Source of the DNA: Escherichia coli
Lineage (GTDB): Bacteria > Pseudomonadota > Gammaproteobacteria > Enterobacterales > Enterobacteriaceae
NCBI RefSeq assembly: GCF_003334785.1
Contig: NZ_QOWV01000005.1
Direction: 5' to 3' (one strand)
DNA: 64,000 nt
Shown: positions 42,643-54,981 of the stretch, piece after piece
How the letters are laid out: each line of letters opens with the position of its first letter
How positions within the stretch are numbered: the first letter of the stretch is position 1
Translations under genes and position numbers: made by a program
The notes under the pieces: generated by a model
Database searches by the model: none
Told to the model about the DNA's origin: nothing
What the model saw: only the letters and a program-made list of their open reading frames with translations

Positions 42643-43563
42643 ATGAGCACCTTAGGTCATCAATACGATAACTCACTGGTTTCCAATGCCTTTGGTTTTT
42701 TACGCCTGCCGATGAACTTCCAGCCGTATGACAGCGATGCAGACTGGGTGATTACTGGCGTGCCGTTCGATATGGCCACTTCTGGTCGTGCGGGTGGTCG
42801 CCACGGTCCGGCAGCGATCCGTCAGGTTTCGACGAATCTGGCCTGGGAACACAACCGCTTCCCGTGGAATTTCGACATGCGTGAGCGTCTGAACGTCGTG
42901 GACTGCGGCGATCTGGTATATGCCTTTGGCGATGCCCGTGAGATGAGCGAAAAGCTGCAGGCGCACGCCGAGAAGCTGCTGGCTGCCGGTAAGCGTATGC
43001 TCTCTTTCGGTGGTGACCACTTTGTTACGCTGCCGCTGCTGCGTGCTCATGCGAAGCATTTCGGCAAAATGGCGCTGGTACACTTTGACGCCCACACCGA
43101 TACCTATGCGAACGGTTGTGAATTTGACCACGGCACTATGTTCTATACCGCGCCGAAAGAAGGTCTGATCGACCCGAATCATTCCGTGCAGATTGGTATT
43201 CGTACCGAGTTTGATAAAGACAACGGCTTTACCGTGCTGGACGCCTGCCAGGTGAACGATCGCAGCGTGGATGACGTTATCGCCCAAGTGAAACAGATTG
43301 TGGGTGATATGCCGGTTTACCTGACTTTTGATATCGACTGCCTGGATCCTGCTTTTGCACCAGGCACCGGTACGCCAGTGATTGGCGGCCTGACCTCCGA
43401 TCGCGCTATTAAACTGGTACGCGGCCTGAAAGATCTCAACATTGTTGGGATGGACGTAGTGGAAGTGGCTCCGGCATACGATCAGTCGGAAATCACTGCT
43501 CTGGCAGCGGCAACGCTGGCGCTGGAAATGCTGTATATTCAGGCGGCGAAAAAGGGCGAGTAA
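42643..43563 (+). CDS. speB: agmatinase
   Basis: 306 aa; arginase-fold metal ligands 'GGDHFVTLP', 'DAHTDTY', '[17 protein letters not shown]'. Confidence 0.95.
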   Translation: MSTLGHQYDNSLVSNAFGFLRLPMNFQPYDSDADWVITGVPFDMATSGRAGGRHGPAAIRQVSTNLAWEHNRFPWNFDMRERLNVVDCGDLVYAFGDAREMSEKLQAHAEKLLAAGKRMLSFGGDHFVTLPLLRAHAKHFGKMALVHFDAHTDTYANGCEFDHGTMFYTAPKEGLIDPNHSVQIGIRTEFDKDNGFTVLDACQVNDRSVDDVIAQVKQIVGDMPVYLTFDIDCLDPAFAPGTGTPVIGGLTSDRAIKLVRGLKDLNIVGMDVVEVAPAYDQSEITALAAATLALEMLYIQAAKKGE

Positions 43564-43569
43564 GCACCA

Positions 43570-43765
<196 letters not shown>

Positions 43766-43768
43766 GCT

Positions 43769-44527
43769 TTACTTAATCCCATCCGCGCTCATGCGATCGC
43801 GAATATGCTGGGCGCGTTCGGCGGATGCAGGATGGTCGTCAAACATTGAGCTTTGGCGACCTTCTTCCAGTTTTGCCAGTTTTTCAAAGCTGGTGGCAAG
43901 ACCTGCCGGGCTGATGCCGCGTTGGCGCAGAAGATCGTAAGAATAATCATCGGCTTCTGCTTCCTGGCGCTGGGAGAATTGCGAATTGACTAATTTCTCG
44001 CCCAGATTACCAAGTTGTGATTGAGATAAACTTCCGACAATCCCGCCCGCAGAGGCCGCAGCTACTCGCACGGCATTTGTACCAAGTGCCACCTGCATTC
44101 CTTTTTTCACATGGCCTAACGCCACGTGCCCCATTTCGTGACCGATCACCGCTTCGACTTCGTTATCCGTCATCATATCCATCAGCCCGCTATAGACGCG
44201 GATACAGCCGTTAGCCATTGCAAAGGCGTTCACATCCTTCGCCATATACACTTTGTAATTTACCGGCTGACCGTTGATATTGTTGCCTAGCGCATTGGCA
44301 ATAGTTGTCAGACGTTTAGCGTATTCGCTATTGGCTGGCGCAATCGTCGCCTTGCTGTCCATCTCCTGACATGCCTGATCGCTCAGGGTTTTCACCTGCG
44401 CATCACTCAAACTGTAAGCCTGAAAAGCTTCCGCTCCTGATGAGAGCAGTCCGTTGGAGTCCATATTCTGGCAACCAGTCAGTACCGTTGCCACGCTCAT
44501 TGCTACCAATAAGGCGCGAATTTTCAT
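43769..44527 (-). CDS. loiP: outer-membrane M48 metalloprotease LoiP (YggG)
   Basis: Lipoprotein signal MKIRALLVAMSVATVLTGC, 'HEMGH' zinc motif; start trimmed to 252 aa. Confidence 0.85.
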   Translation of the reverse strand: MKIRALLVAMSVATVLTGCQNMDSNGLLSSGAEAFQAYSLSDAQVKTLSDQACQEMDSKATIAPANSEYAKRLTTIANALGNNINGQPVNYKVYMAKDVNAFAMANGCIRVYSGLMDMMTDNEVEAVIGHEMGHVALGHVKKGMQVALGTNAVRVAAASAGGIVGSLSQSQLGNLGEKLVNSQFSQRQEAEADDYSYDLLRQRGISPAGLATSFEKLAKLEEGRQSSMFDDHPASAERAQHIRDRMSADGIK

Positions 44528-44804
44528 GTTTTCTCTTCCGCACAAGGTCAGGATTATTCTAAAAATGCGCCGTTTGCAGGTGAATCGACGCTCAGTCTCA
44601 GTATAAGGAAAAGCGCAGCGGACGGGCGAGTAGATTGCGCAACATGCGAGCATGATCCAGAGATTTCTGAAGCGGCAAAAGGATGTTCCATGTACATGAC
44701 GCGCGGCTTGCGGTAAATTGTTGGCAAATTTTCCGGCGTAGCCCAAAACGCGCTGTCGTCAAGTCGTTAAGGGCGTGCCCTTCATCATCCGATCTGGAGT
44801 CAAA

Positions 44805-46796
44805 ATGTCCTCACGTAAAGAGCTTGCCAATGCTATTCGTGCGCTGAGCATGGACGCAGTACAGAAAGCCAAATCCGGTCACCCGGGTGCCCCTATGGGT
44901 ATGGCTGACATTGCCGAAGTCCTGTGGCGTGATTTCCTGAAACACAACCCGCAGAATCCGTCCTGGGCTGACCGTGACCGCTTCGTGCTGTCCAACGGCC
45001 ACGGCTCCATGCTGATCTACAGCCTGCTGCACCTCACCGGTTACGATCTGCCGATGGAAGAACTGAAAAACTTCCGTCAGCTGCACTCTAAAACTCCGGG
45101 TCACCCGGAAGTGGGTTACACCGCTGGTGTGGAAACCACCACCGGTCCGCTGGGTCAGGGTATTGCCAACGCAGTCGGTATGGCGATTGCAGAAAAAACG
45201 CTGGCGGCGCAGTTTAACCGTCCGGGCCACGACATTGTCGACCACTACACCTACGCCTTCATGGGCGACGGCTGCATGATGGAAGGCATCTCCCACGAAG
45301 TTTGCTCTCTGGCGGGTACGCTGAAGCTGGGTAAACTGATTGCATTCTACGATGACAACGGTATTTCTATCGATGGTCACGTTGAAGGCTGGTTCACCGA
45401 CGACACCGCAATGCGTTTCGAAGCTTACGGCTGGCACGTTATTCGCGACATCGACGGTCATGACGCGGCATCTATCAAACGCGCAGTAGAAGAAGCGCGC
45501 GCAGTGACTGACAAACCTTCCCTGCTGATGTGCAAAACCATCATCGGTTTCGGTTCCCCGAACAAAGCCGGTACCCACGACTCCCACGGTGCGCCGCTGG
45601 GCGACGCTGAAATTGCCCTGACCCGCGAACAACTGGGCTGGAAATATGCGCCGTTCGAAATCCCGTCTGAAATCTATGCTCAGTGGGATGCGAAAGAAGC
45701 AGGCCAGGCGAAAGAATCCGCATGGAACGAGAAATTCGCTGCTTACGCGAAAGCTTATCCGCAGGAAGCCGCTGAATTTACCCGCCGTATGAAAGGCGAA
45801 ATGCCGTCTGACTTCGACGCTAAAGCGAAAGAGTTCATCGCTAAACTGCAGGCTAATCCGGCGAAAATCGCCAGCCGTAAAGCGTCTCAGAATGCTATCG
45901 AAGCGTTCGGTCCGCTGTTGCCGGAATTCCTCGGCGGTTCTGCTGACCTGGCGCCGTCTAACCTGACCCTGTGGTCTGGTTCTAAAGCAATCAACGAAGA
46001 TGCTGCGGGTAACTACATCCACTACGGTGTTCGCGAGTTCGGTATGACCGCGATTGCTAACGGTATCTCCCTGCACGGTGGCTTCCTGCCGTACACCTCC
46101 ACCTTCCTGATGTTCGTGGAATACGCACGTAACGCCGTACGTATGGCTGCGCTGATGAAACAGCGTCAGGTGATGGTTTACACCCACGACTCCATCGGTC
46201 TGGGCGAAGACGGCCCGACTCACCAGCCGGTTGAGCAGGTCGCTTCTCTGCGCGTAACCCCGAACATGTCTACATGGCGTCCGTGTGACCAGGTTGAATC
46301 CGCGGTCGCGTGGAAATACGGTGTTGAGCGTCAGGACGGCCCGACCGCACTGATCCTCTCCCGTCAGAACCTGGCGCAGCAGGAACGAACTGAAGAGCAA
46401 CTGGCAAACATCGCGCGCGGTGGTTATGTGCTGAAAGACTGCGCCGGTCAGCCGGAACTGATTTTCATCGCTACCGGTTCAGAAGTTGAACTGGCTGTTG
46501 CTGCCTACGAAAAACTGACTGCCGAAGGCGTGAAAGCGCGCGTGGTGTCCATGCCGTCTACCGACGCATTTGACAAGCAGGATGCTGCTTACCGTGAATC
46601 CGTACTGCCGAAAGCGGTTACTGCACGCGTTGCTGTAGAAGCGGGTATTGCTGACTACTGGTACAAGTATGTTGGCCTGAACGGTGCTATCGTCGGTATG
46701 ACCACCTTCGGTGAATCTGCTCCGGCAGAGCTGCTGTTTGAAGAGTTCGGCTTCACTGTTGATAACGTTGTTGCGAAAGCAAAAGAACTGCTGTAA
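44805..46796 (+). CDS. tktA: transketolase 1
   Basis: [41 protein letters not shown]...; TPP motif 'GDGCMMEG'; start trimmed. Confidence 0.95.
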   Translation: MSSRKELANAIRALSMDAVQKAKSGHPGAPMGMADIAEVLWRDFLKHNPQNPSWADRDRFVLSNGHGSMLIYSLLHLTGYDLPMEELKNFRQLHSKTPGHPEVGYTAGVETTTGPLGQGIANAVGMAIAEKTLAAQFNRPGHDIVDHYTYAFMGDGCMMEGISHEVCSLAGTLKLGKLIAFYDDNGISIDGHVEGWFTDDTAMRFEAYGWHVIRDIDGHDAASIKRAVEEARAVTDKPSLLMCKTIIGFGSPNKAGTHDSHGAPLGDAEIALTREQLGWKYAPFEIPSEIYAQWDAKEAGQAKESAWNEKFAAYAKAYPQEAAEFTRRMKGEMPSDFDAKAKEFIAKLQANPAKIASRKASQNAIEAFGPLLPEFLGGSADLAPSNLTLWSGSKAINEDAAGNYIHYGVREFGMTAIANGISLHGGFLPYTSTFLMFVEYARNAVRMAALMKQRQVMVYTHDSIGLGEDGPTHQPVEQVASLRVTPNMSTWRPCDQVESAVAWKYGVERQDGPTALILSRQNLAQQERTEEQLANIARGGYVLKDCAGQPELIFIATGSEVELAVAAYEKLTAEGVKARVVSMPSTDAFDKQDAAYRESVLPKAVTARVAVEAGIADYWYKYVGLNGAIVGMTTFGESAPAELLFEEFGFTVDNVVAKAKELL

Positions 46797-46810
46797 TTAG
46801 CATTTCGGGT

Positions 46811-46838
46811 AAAAAGGTCGCTTCGGCGACCTTTTTTA
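46811..46838 (+). terminator. tktA rho-independent terminator
   Basis: aaaaaggtcgc-ttcg-gcgacctttttt. Confidence 0.6.
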
Positions 46839-47109
46839 TTACCTTGATATGTCCGTTTGCGGACAAGCAATAGATAAGGCGTGTTGTAGATCACAAATAT
46901 TTATATGCAATAAATATCAATTATGTAATATGCATCACGATATGCGTATTGACATTTGTTGTTATATCTATAACTCAATGTTATATAAGAAATTAATAAT
47001 TCACTGTTTTCAAAACACCGGTTTCCCTGCTCAATTGCTTTCATTAAACCGCACGAGTATTTTATTTTTACCGCCGGACGGTACCCTAAAAATAAAATAA
47101 GGATAATTT

Positions 47110-47553
47110 ATGCGGCTTAGTGATTATTTTCCAGAATCATCAATCTCAGTTATACATTCAGCAAAAGATTGGCAGGAAGCTATCGATTTCTCGATGGTAT
47201 CATTGCTGGATAAAAACTATATCAGCGAGAATTACATTCAGGCAATTAAAGATTCCACCATTAACAATGGCCCTTATTATATTCTCGCACCAGGCGTGGC
47301 AATGCCTCATGCGCGACCGGAATGTGGGGCGCTTAAAACCGGGATGTCTTTGACATTACTTGAACAAGGTGTTTATTTTCCGGGGAATGACGAACCAATT
47401 AAATTACTCATCGGACTCTCTGCTGCCGATGCCGATTCGCACATTGGCGCTATTCAGGCGTTAAGTGAATTACTGTGCGAAGAAGAAATACTCGAACAAC
47501 TCTTAACAGCATCATCAGAAAAACAATTAGCGGACATTATCAGCCGCGGATAA
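47110..47553 (+). CDS. cmtB: PTS mannitol-family EIIA component (cryptic)
   Basis: 147 aa; phosphohistidine region 'GVAMPHAR'. Confidence 0.85.
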   Translation: MRLSDYFPESSISVIHSAKDWQEAIDFSMVSLLDKNYISENYIQAIKDSTINNGPYYILAPGVAMPHARPECGALKTGMSLTLLEQGVYFPGNDEPIKLLIGLSAADADSHIGAIQALSELLCEEEILEQLLTASSEKQLADIISRG

Positions 47554-47580
47554 TTACTCTCTCCTCTACAGGATAATATT

Positions 47581-48969
47581 ATGGAAAACAAGTCTGCTCG
47601 TGCAAAGGTCCAGGCTTTTGGGGGCTTTTTGACTGCAATGGTCATCCCCAATATTGGTGCTTTTATTGCCTGGGGTTTTATTACTGCGTTATTTATTCCC
47701 ACCGGTTGGCTGCCTAACGAACATTTCGCCAAAATTGTCGGCCCGATGATTACCTATTTATTGCCCGTGATGATTGGTTCTACAGGTGGTCATCTGGTCG
47801 GCGGTAAACGCGGGGCGGTCATGGGCGGAATAGGTACTATTGGTGTGATCGTTGGCGCAGAGATCCCGATGTTCCTTGGCTCAATGATCATGGGGCCGCT
47901 CGGTGGGTTGGTCATAAAATATGTCGATAAGGCACTGGAAAAACGCATACCTGCCGGTTTTGAGATGGTTATCAATAACTTCTCATTAGGTATCGCGGGG
48001 ATGCTCCTTTGTCTGCTGGGTTTTGAAGTTATCGGCCCGGCGGTGTTAATTGCCAATACTTTCGTCAAAGAGTGTATTGAGGCGCTGGTACATGCGGGTT
48101 ATCTGCCATTGTTGTCAGTCATCAATGAACCGGCGAAAGTGCTTTTCCTCAATAATGCGATCGATCAGGGCGTCTATTATCCGCTGGGAATGCAACAGGC
48201 TTCGGTTAACGGTAAATCCATCTTCTTTATGGTGGCCTCTAACCCAGGTCCGGGCCTGGGGCTGCTGCTGGCGTTTACCTTGTTTGGTAAAGGGATGAGT
48301 AAACGTTCTGCGCCCGGGGCGATGATTATTCACTTCCTCGGTGGGATCCACGAACTGTATTTCCCGTATGTGCTGATGAAGCCGCTGACCATTATTGCCA
48401 TGATTGCGGGCGGTATGTCTGGCACCTGGATGTTTAACTTACTGGACGGTGGTCTGGTGGCTGGCCCAAGTCCGGGGTCTATCTTTGCTTACCTGGCACT
48501 GACGCCGAAAGGCTCGTTCCTGGCGACAATTGCCGGTGTTACGGTAGGTACCCTGGTGTCCTTTGCTATTACTTCGCTGATACTGAAGATGGAAAAAACG
48601 GTGGAAACGGAGAGCGAAGATGAGTTTGCTCAGTCAGCCAATGCGGTTAAGGCGATGAAACAAGAGGGTGCATTCTCGTTAAGCAGGGTTAAGCGTATCG
48701 CCTTTGTTTGCGATGCGGGGATGGGCTCCAGTGCGATGGGCGCGACCACCTTCCGTAAACGCCTGGAAAAAGCGGGGCTGGCAATTGAAGTAAAACATTA
48801 CGCCATAGAAAACGTGCCTGCGGATGCGGATATCGTCGTTACTCATGCCAGTCTGGAAGGGCGCGTGAAACGTGTGACGGATAAACCACTGATATTGATT
48901 AATAACTATATTGGCGATCCAAAACTCGACACTTTATTTAATCAATTAACCGCCGAACATAAACACTGA
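47581..48969 (+). CDS. cmtA: PTS mannitol-family EIICB component (cryptic)
   Basis: 462 aa membrane protein with C-terminal EIIB 'FVCDAGMGSSAMGA'. Confidence 0.85.
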   Translation: MENKSARAKVQAFGGFLTAMVIPNIGAFIAWGFITALFIPTGWLPNEHFAKIVGPMITYLLPVMIGSTGGHLVGGKRGAVMGGIGTIGVIVGAEIPMFLGSMIMGPLGGLVIKYVDKALEKRIPAGFEMVINNFSLGIAGMLLCLLGFEVIGPAVLIANTFVKECIEALVHAGYLPLLSVINEPAKVLFLNNAIDQGVYYPLGMQQASVNGKSIFFMVASNPGPGLGLLLAFTLFGKGMSKRSAPGAMIIHFLGGIHELYFPYVLMKPLTIIAMIAGGMSGTWMFNLLDGGLVAGPSPGSIFAYLALTPKGSFLATIAGVTVGTLVSFAITSLILKMEKTVETESEDEFAQSANAVKAMKQEGAFSLSRVKRIAFVCDAGMGSSAMGATTFRKRLEKAGLAIEVKHYAIENVPADADIVVTHASLEGRVKRVTDKPLILINNYIGDPKLDTLFNQLTAEHKH

Positions 48970-48983
48970 TTACAGAGGTAAAA

Positions 48984-50261
48984 ATGAAAACCAAAGTTGC
49001 TGCTATTTATGGCAAGCGGGATGTCCGTCTGCGCGTATTTGAACTGCCAGAAATTACCGATAATGAATTACTGGTGAGTGTAATTTCTGACAGCGTCTGT
49101 TTATCGACCTGGAAAGCGGCGTTACTCGGTAGTGAACATAAACGCGTACCCGACGATTTAGAAAATCATCCGGTCATTACCGGGCATGAATGTGCCGGGG
49201 TTATTGTCGAAGTGGGTAAAAATCTCACTGGCAAATATAAAAAAGGCCAGCGTTTTGTATTGCAACCGGCGATGGGGTTACCAAGCGGATATTCAGCGGG
49301 CTACAGCTACGAATATTTTGGCGGCAATGCCACTTATATGATTATTCCCGAAATCGCCATTAATTTGGGCTGCGTATTACCGTATCACGGCTCTTATTTT
49401 GCTGCGGCGTCGCTGGCAGAGCCTATGTGCTGCATTATTGGTGCTTATCATGCCAATTATCACACCACGCAATATGTTTATGAGCATCGCATGGGCGTCA
49501 AACCTGGCGGCAATATTGCACTGCTGGCGTGTGCAGGTCCGATGGGCATTGGCGCTATCGATTACGCCATTAACGGCGGCATACAACCGTCGCGGGTGGT
49601 GGTGGTCGATATCGACGACAAACGTCTGGCGCAGGTACAGAAGCTGCTGCCGGTGGAACTGGCGGCCAGTAAAGGCATTGAGCTGGTGTATGTGAATACC
49701 AAAGGGATGAGCGATCCTGTCCAGATGCTGCGGGCGCTGACAGGAGATGCCGGGTTCGATGACATTTTTGTTTATGCGGCGGTGCCTGCTGTCGTTGAGA
49801 TGGCTGATGAATTACTGGCGGAAGATGGCTGTCTGAACTTCTTTGCCGGGCCGACGGATAAAAACTTCAAAGTGCCGTTTAATTTCTACAACGTCCATTA
49901 CAACAGCACGCACGTCGTCGGTACATCTGGCGGTTCAACGGACGACATGAAAGAGGCGATTGCCCTTAGCGCCACTGGGCAGTTACAGCCGTCGTTTATG
50001 GTGACCCATATCGGTGGCCTGGATGCGTTGCCAGAAACCGTGCTCAATCTGCCGGATATCCCTGGCGGTAAAAAACTCATTTATAACGGCGTGACCATGC
50101 CGCTCACTGCCATTGCCGATTTTGCCGAAAAAGGCAAAACCGATCCGCTGTTTAAAGAGTTGGCGCGGCTGGTTGAGGAAACGCACGGCATCTGGAATGA
50201 ACAGGCCGAGAAATATCTGCTGGCACAATTTGGCGTTGATATCGGGGAGGCCGCGCAATGA
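48984..50261 (+). CDS. yggP: putative zinc-type sugar-alcohol dehydrogenase YggP
   Basis: 425 aa; MDR/ADH-like 'GHECAGVIVEVG'. Confidence 0.8.
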   Translation: MKTKVAAIYGKRDVRLRVFELPEITDNELLVSVISDSVCLSTWKAALLGSEHKRVPDDLENHPVITGHECAGVIVEVGKNLTGKYKKGQRFVLQPAMGLPSGYSAGYSYEYFGGNATYMIIPEIAINLGCVLPYHGSYFAAASLAEPMCCIIGAYHANYHTTQYVYEHRMGVKPGGNIALLACAGPMGIGAIDYAINGGIQPSRVVVVDIDDKRLAQVQKLLPVELAASKGIELVYVNTKGMSDPVQMLRALTGDAGFDDIFVYAAVPAVVEMADELLAEDGCLNFFAGPTDKNFKVPFNFYNVHYNSTHVVGTSGGSTDDMKEAIALSATGQLQPSFMVTHIGGLDALPETVLNLPDIPGGKKLIYNGVTMPLTAIADFAEKGKTDPLFKELARLVEETHGIWNEQAEKYLLAQFGVDIGEAAQ

Positions 50262-51223
50262 TGTCCCTGGCGTGGCCATTATTTCGCGTTACGGAACAGG
50301 CAGCGTTGGCTGCCTGGCCGCAAACCGGATGTGGCGACAAAAATAAAATTGATGGCCTGGCGGTCACCGCGATGCGCCAGGCATTAAACGACGTCGCTTT
50401 TCGTGGACGAGTGGTTATCGGCGAAGGAGAAATTGACCATGCGCCGATGCTGTGGATTGGCGAAGAGGTGGGCAAAGGCGATGGGCCAGAAGTCGATATC
50501 GCGGTTGATCCCATTGAAGGCACGCGGATGGTGGCGATGGGGCAGAGCAATGCGCTGGCGGTCATGGCTTTCGCCCCTCGAGATAGCCTGTTACATGCGC
50601 CCGATATGTATATGAAAAAGCTGGTTGTTAATCGGCTGGCGGCGGGCGCGATTGATCTGTCTTTGCCTCTGACGGACAACCTGCGCAACGTGGCGAAAGC
50701 GTTAGGCAAACCGCTGGATAAGCTGCGCATGGTTACGCTGGATAAACCGCGCCTGAGTGCCGCGATTGAGGAAGCAACACAGCTGGGCGTGAAGGTTTTT
50801 GCCCTGCCGGATGGCGATGTCGCCGCCAGCGTGCTGACCTGCTGGCAGGATAATCCTTACGATGTGATGTACACCATCGGCGGTGCGCCAGAAGGCGTGA
50901 TTTCTGCCTGTGCCGTTAAAGCATTAGGCGGGGATATGCAGGCCGAGCTGATTGACTTTTGCCAGGCTAAAGGGGATTACACGGAAAATCGGCAGATTGC
51001 AGAGCAGGAGCGCAAGCGTTGCAAGGCAATGGGCGTTGACGTTAACCGTGTGTACTCGCTCGATGAACTGGTGAGGGGGAACGATATCCTCTTTAGCGCT
51101 ACGGGCGTGACGGGCGGTGAGCTGGTGAACGGTATCCAACAGACGGCGAATGGGGTGCGGACGCAGACATTACTGATCGGCGGCGCGGACCAAACGTGTA
51201 ATATAATAGACTCCCTGCATTGA
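50258..51223 (+). CDS. yggF: class II fructose-1,6-bisphosphatase (GlpX paralogue) YggF
   Basis: 321 aa; overlaps yggP stop by 4 nt. Confidence 0.85.
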   Translation: MMSLAWPLFRVTEQAALAAWPQTGCGDKNKIDGLAVTAMRQALNDVAFRGRVVIGEGEIDHAPMLWIGEEVGKGDGPEVDIAVDPIEGTRMVAMGQSNALAVMAFAPRDSLLHAPDMYMKKLVVNRLAAGAIDLSLPLTDNLRNVAKALGKPLDKLRMVTLDKPRLSAAIEEATQLGVKVFALPDGDVAASVLTCWQDNPYDVMYTIGGAPEGVISACAVKALGGDMQAELIDFCQAKGDYTENRQIAEQERKRCKAMGVDVNRVYSLDELVRGNDILFSATGVTGGELVNGIQQTANGVRTQTLLIGGADQTCNIIDSLH

Positions 51224-51244
51224 TGGTGATCTATCGGAAGACCA

Positions 51245-51754
51245 ATGGCGACGCTGACAGAAGATGATGTGCTTGAGCAACTGGATGCACAGGACAATTT
51301 ATTTTCATTTATGAAAACTGCGCATACCATTTTGCTCCAGGGGATACGCCAGTTTCTGCCGTCGCTGTTTGTCGATAACGATGAAGAGATCGTGGAATAT
51401 GCAGTGAAGCCGTTACTCGCCCAAAGCGGCCCGCTTGACGATATTGATGTTGCACTGCGTTTGATTTATGCGTTGGGGAAAATGGATAAATGGTTGTACG
51501 CCGATATCACGCATTTTTCCCAGTTCTGGCATTACCTGAACGAACAGGATGAAACGCCCGGATTTGCCGATGACATGACCTGGGATTTTATCAGCAACGT
51601 CAATAGCATAACCCGCAATGCGATGCTCTATGACGCGTTAAAAGCGATGAAGTTCGCTGATTTCTCCGTCTGGTCAGAGGCGCGTTTTAGCGGAATGGTC
51701 AAAACGGCGCTGACGCTGGCAGTAACGACCACCTTAAAGGAATTAACGCCGTGA
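51245..51754 (+). CDS. yggD: MtlR-like protein YggD (FumE)
   Basis: 169 aa; synteny. Confidence 0.75.
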   Translation: MATLTEDDVLEQLDAQDNLFSFMKTAHTILLQGIRQFLPSLFVDNDEEIVEYAVKPLLAQSGPLDDIDVALRLIYALGKMDKWLYADITHFSQFWHYLNEQDETPGFADDMTWDFISNVNSITRNAMLYDALKAMKFADFSVWSEARFSGMVKTALTLAVTTTLKELTP

Positions 51755-52464
51755 AAATTGAATTAACGGTGAATGGGCTGAAGATACAGGCACAGTACCA
51801 GAACGAAGAGATTGAAAATGTACATAAACCGTTGCTGCACATGTTGGCGGCCTTACAGACGGTAAATCCGCAGCGGCGTACGGTGGTTTTTCTTTGCGCT
51901 CCGCCGGGGACGGGTAAATCAACCCTAACCACCTTCTGGGAATATCTCGCGCAACAAGACCCGGAACTGCCCGCTATTCAGACGCTCCCGATGGATGGTT
52001 TTCACCATTACAATAGCTGGCTGGATGCGCATCAATTGCGCCCCTTCAAAGGCGCACCAGAGACATTTGACGTTGCGAAACTGACGGAAAATCTGCGCCA
52101 GGTCGTGGAAGGGGATTGTACGTGGCCGCAGTACGATCGACAAAAGCATGATCCTGTTGAAGATGCGTTGCACGTTACCGCACCACTCGTCATCGTCGAA
52201 GGAAACTGGTTGTTACTGGATGATGAAAAGTGGCTGGAGTTGGCATCTTTCTGCGATTTTTCTATTTTTATTCATGCACCTGCTCAAATTCTGCGGGAGC
52301 GCTTGATTAGTCGTAAAATTGCGGGAGGATTAACGCGGCAAGTAGCCGAAGCATTTTATGCCCGCACCGATGGCCCCAATGTCGAGCGTGTGCTGATGAA
52401 TAGCCGTCAGGCCAATCTGATAGTAGAGATGACTGAAGAAGGCCGGTATCACTTCACAAGCTGA
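51751..52464 (+). CDS. yggC: P-loop kinase-like protein YggC
   Basis: 237 aa; Walker A 'APPGTGKST'; overlaps yggD stop by 4 nt. Confidence 0.75.
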   Translation: MKIELTVNGLKIQAQYQNEEIENVHKPLLHMLAALQTVNPQRRTVVFLCAPPGTGKSTLTTFWEYLAQQDPELPAIQTLPMDGFHHYNSWLDAHQLRPFKGAPETFDVAKLTENLRQVVEGDCTWPQYDRQKHDPVEDALHVTAPLVIVEGNWLLLDDEKWLELASFCDFSIFIHAPAQILRERLISRKIAGGLTRQVAEAFYARTDGPNVERVLMNSRQANLIVEMTEEGRYHFTS

Positions 52465-52748
52465 CAATTTATTCCAGTTATTGTAGGGTTATTATTACGC
52501 CAGCCTGGAATAAAGCTTCCCACAAAAGGGGATAAAAGTGTGATGTGAGTCAGATAAATGTCTTCTTCGGCTGGACAAACATTCCTTTTATTCCACGTTT
52601 CGCTTATCCTAGCTGAAGCGTTTCAGTCGATTAAATGTTCGACAATTAACCAATCAGTCGCAGTTTGCGACAGGTAAGGTTTCCCCGGACGATTTGCTGG
52701 ATTACTCTGTCTGGCAAATTTGCTCAGGGAAAACCTTGCAGGAGATCT

Positions 52749-53768
52749 ATGACCGTACGCGTAGCGATAAATGGCTTCGGTCGCATCGGGCGTAATGTGG
52801 TTCGTGCTTTGTATGAATCCGGACGCCGGGCGGAAATTACCGTGGTGGCAATCAACGAACTGGCGGATGCTGCGGGCATGGCGCATTTGTTGAAATATGA
52901 CACCAGCCATGGCCGTTTTGCATGGGAAGTACGACAGGAACGCGATCAACTTTTTGTTGGTGATGACGCCATCCGCGTATTGCATGAACGTTCACTGCAA
53001 TCGCTCCCCTGGCGTGAACTTGGCGTTGATGTAGTCCTCGACTGCACCGGCGTATATGGCTCCCGCGAGCATGGCGAAGCGCATATTGCCGCCGGGGCCA
53101 AAAAAGTGCTCTTTTCACATCCTGGCAGTAACGATCTCGACGCGACCGTTGTTTACGGCGTCAATCAGGATCAACTTCGTGCGGAACACCGCATCGTTTC
53201 TAACGCTTCCTGTACCACGAATTGCATAATTCCCGTCATCAAATTGTTAGATGATGCGTACGGTATTGAGTCCGGCACTGTGACCACAATTCACTCCGCC
53301 ATGCACGATCAACAGGTTATTGATGCATACCATCCTGACCTGCGTCGCACCCGGGCAGCCAGCCAGTCGATCATTCCGGTCGATACTAAACTGGCCGCCG
53401 GTATCACACGATTTTTTCCGCAATTTAACGATCGCTTTGAAGCGATTGCGGTACGTGTGCCAACCATAAATGTGACGGCAATCGATTTAAGCGTGACGGT
53501 GAAGAAACCTGTAAAAGCCAATGAAGTCAACCTGTTGCTGCAAAAAGCAGCACAAGGTGCATTTCATGGTATAGTTGACTATACGGAATTGCCGTTGGTC
53601 TCTGTAGATTTTAACCACGATCCGCACAGTGCCATTGTCGATGGCACCCAAACCCGGGTCAGTGGCGCACACCTGATCAAAACGTTGGTCTGGTGCGATA
53701 ACGAATGGGGCTTTGCTAACCGAATGCTCGACACGACGTTAGCTATGGCTACTGTTGCTTTCAGGTAA
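52749..53768 (+). CDS. epd: erythrose-4-phosphate dehydrogenase
   Basis: [27 protein letters not shown]...; GAPDH-family 'ASCTTNC'; start trimmed. Confidence 0.95.
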
Positions 53769-53817
53769 GACGCAAGCAGCGTCTGCAAAACTTTTAGAAT
53801 CAACGAGAGGATTCACC

Positions 53818-54981
53818 ATGTCTGTAATTAAGATGACCGATCTGGATCTTGCTGGGAAACGTGTATTTATCCGTGCGGATCTGAACGTACCAGTAAAAGA
53901 CGGGAAAGTAACCAGCGACGCGCGTATCCGTGCTTCTCTGCCGACCATCGAACTGGCCCTGAAACAAGGCGCAAAAGTGATGGTAACTTCCCACCTGGGT
54001 CGTCCTACCGAAGGCGAGTACAACGAAGAATTCTCTCTGCTGCCGGTTGTTAACTACCTGAAAGACAAACTGTCTAACCCGGTTCGTCTGGTTAAAGATT
54101 ACCTCGACGGCGTTGACGTTGCTGAAGGTGAACTGGTTGTTCTGGAAAACGTTCGCTTCAACAAAGGCGAGAAGAAAGACGACGAAACCCTGTCCAAAAA
54201 ATACGCTGCACTGTGTGACGTGTTCGTAATGGACGCATTCGGTACTGCTCACCGCGCGCAGGCTTCTACTCACGGTATCGGTAAATTCGCTGACGTTGCG
54301 TGCGCAGGCCCGCTGCTGGCAGCTGAACTGGACGCGCTGGGTAAAGCACTGAAAGAACCTGCTCGCCCGATGGTGGCTATCGTTGGTGGTTCTAAAGTAT
54401 CTACCAAACTGACCGTTCTGGACTCCCTGTCTAAAATCGCTGACCAGCTGATTGTTGGTGGTGGTATCGCTAACACCTTTATCGCGGCACAAGGCCACGA
54501 TGTGGGTAAATCCCTGTACGAAGCTGACCTGGTTGACGAAGCTAAACGTCTGCTGACCACCTGCAACATCCCGGTTCCGTCTGATGTTCGCGTAGCAACC
54601 GAGTTCTCTGAAACTGCACCGGCTACCCTGAAATCTGTTAACGATGTGAAAGCTGACGAGCAGATCCTGGATATCGGTGATGCTTCCGCTCAGGAACTGG
54701 CTGAAATCCTGAAGAATGCGAAAACCATTCTGTGGAACGGTCCGGTTGGCGTGTTCGAATTCCCGAACTTCCGCAAAGGTACTGAAATCGTGGCTAACGC
54801 TATCGCAGACAGCGAAGCGTTCTCCATCGCTGGCGGCGGCGACACTCTGGCAGCAATCGACCTGTTCGGCATTGCTGACAAAATCTCCTACATCTCCACT
54901 GGCGGCGGCGCATTCCTCGAATTCGTGGAAGGTAAAGTACTGCCTGCAGTAGCGATGCTCGAAGAGCGCGCTAAGAAGTAA
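53818..54981 (+). CDS. pgk: phosphoglycerate kinase
   Basis: [45 protein letters not shown]...; start trimmed. Confidence 0.95.

Noticed and set aside
44811-46400. 529-aa minus-strand ORF antisense to tktA (similar long antisense ORFs at 55100-56074 in fbaA, 42700-43716 in speB, 25901-26842 in ansB)
   Set aside because: Shadow ORFs fully embedded opposite well-conserved genes; low-complexity R/V/G-rich translations with no motifs.
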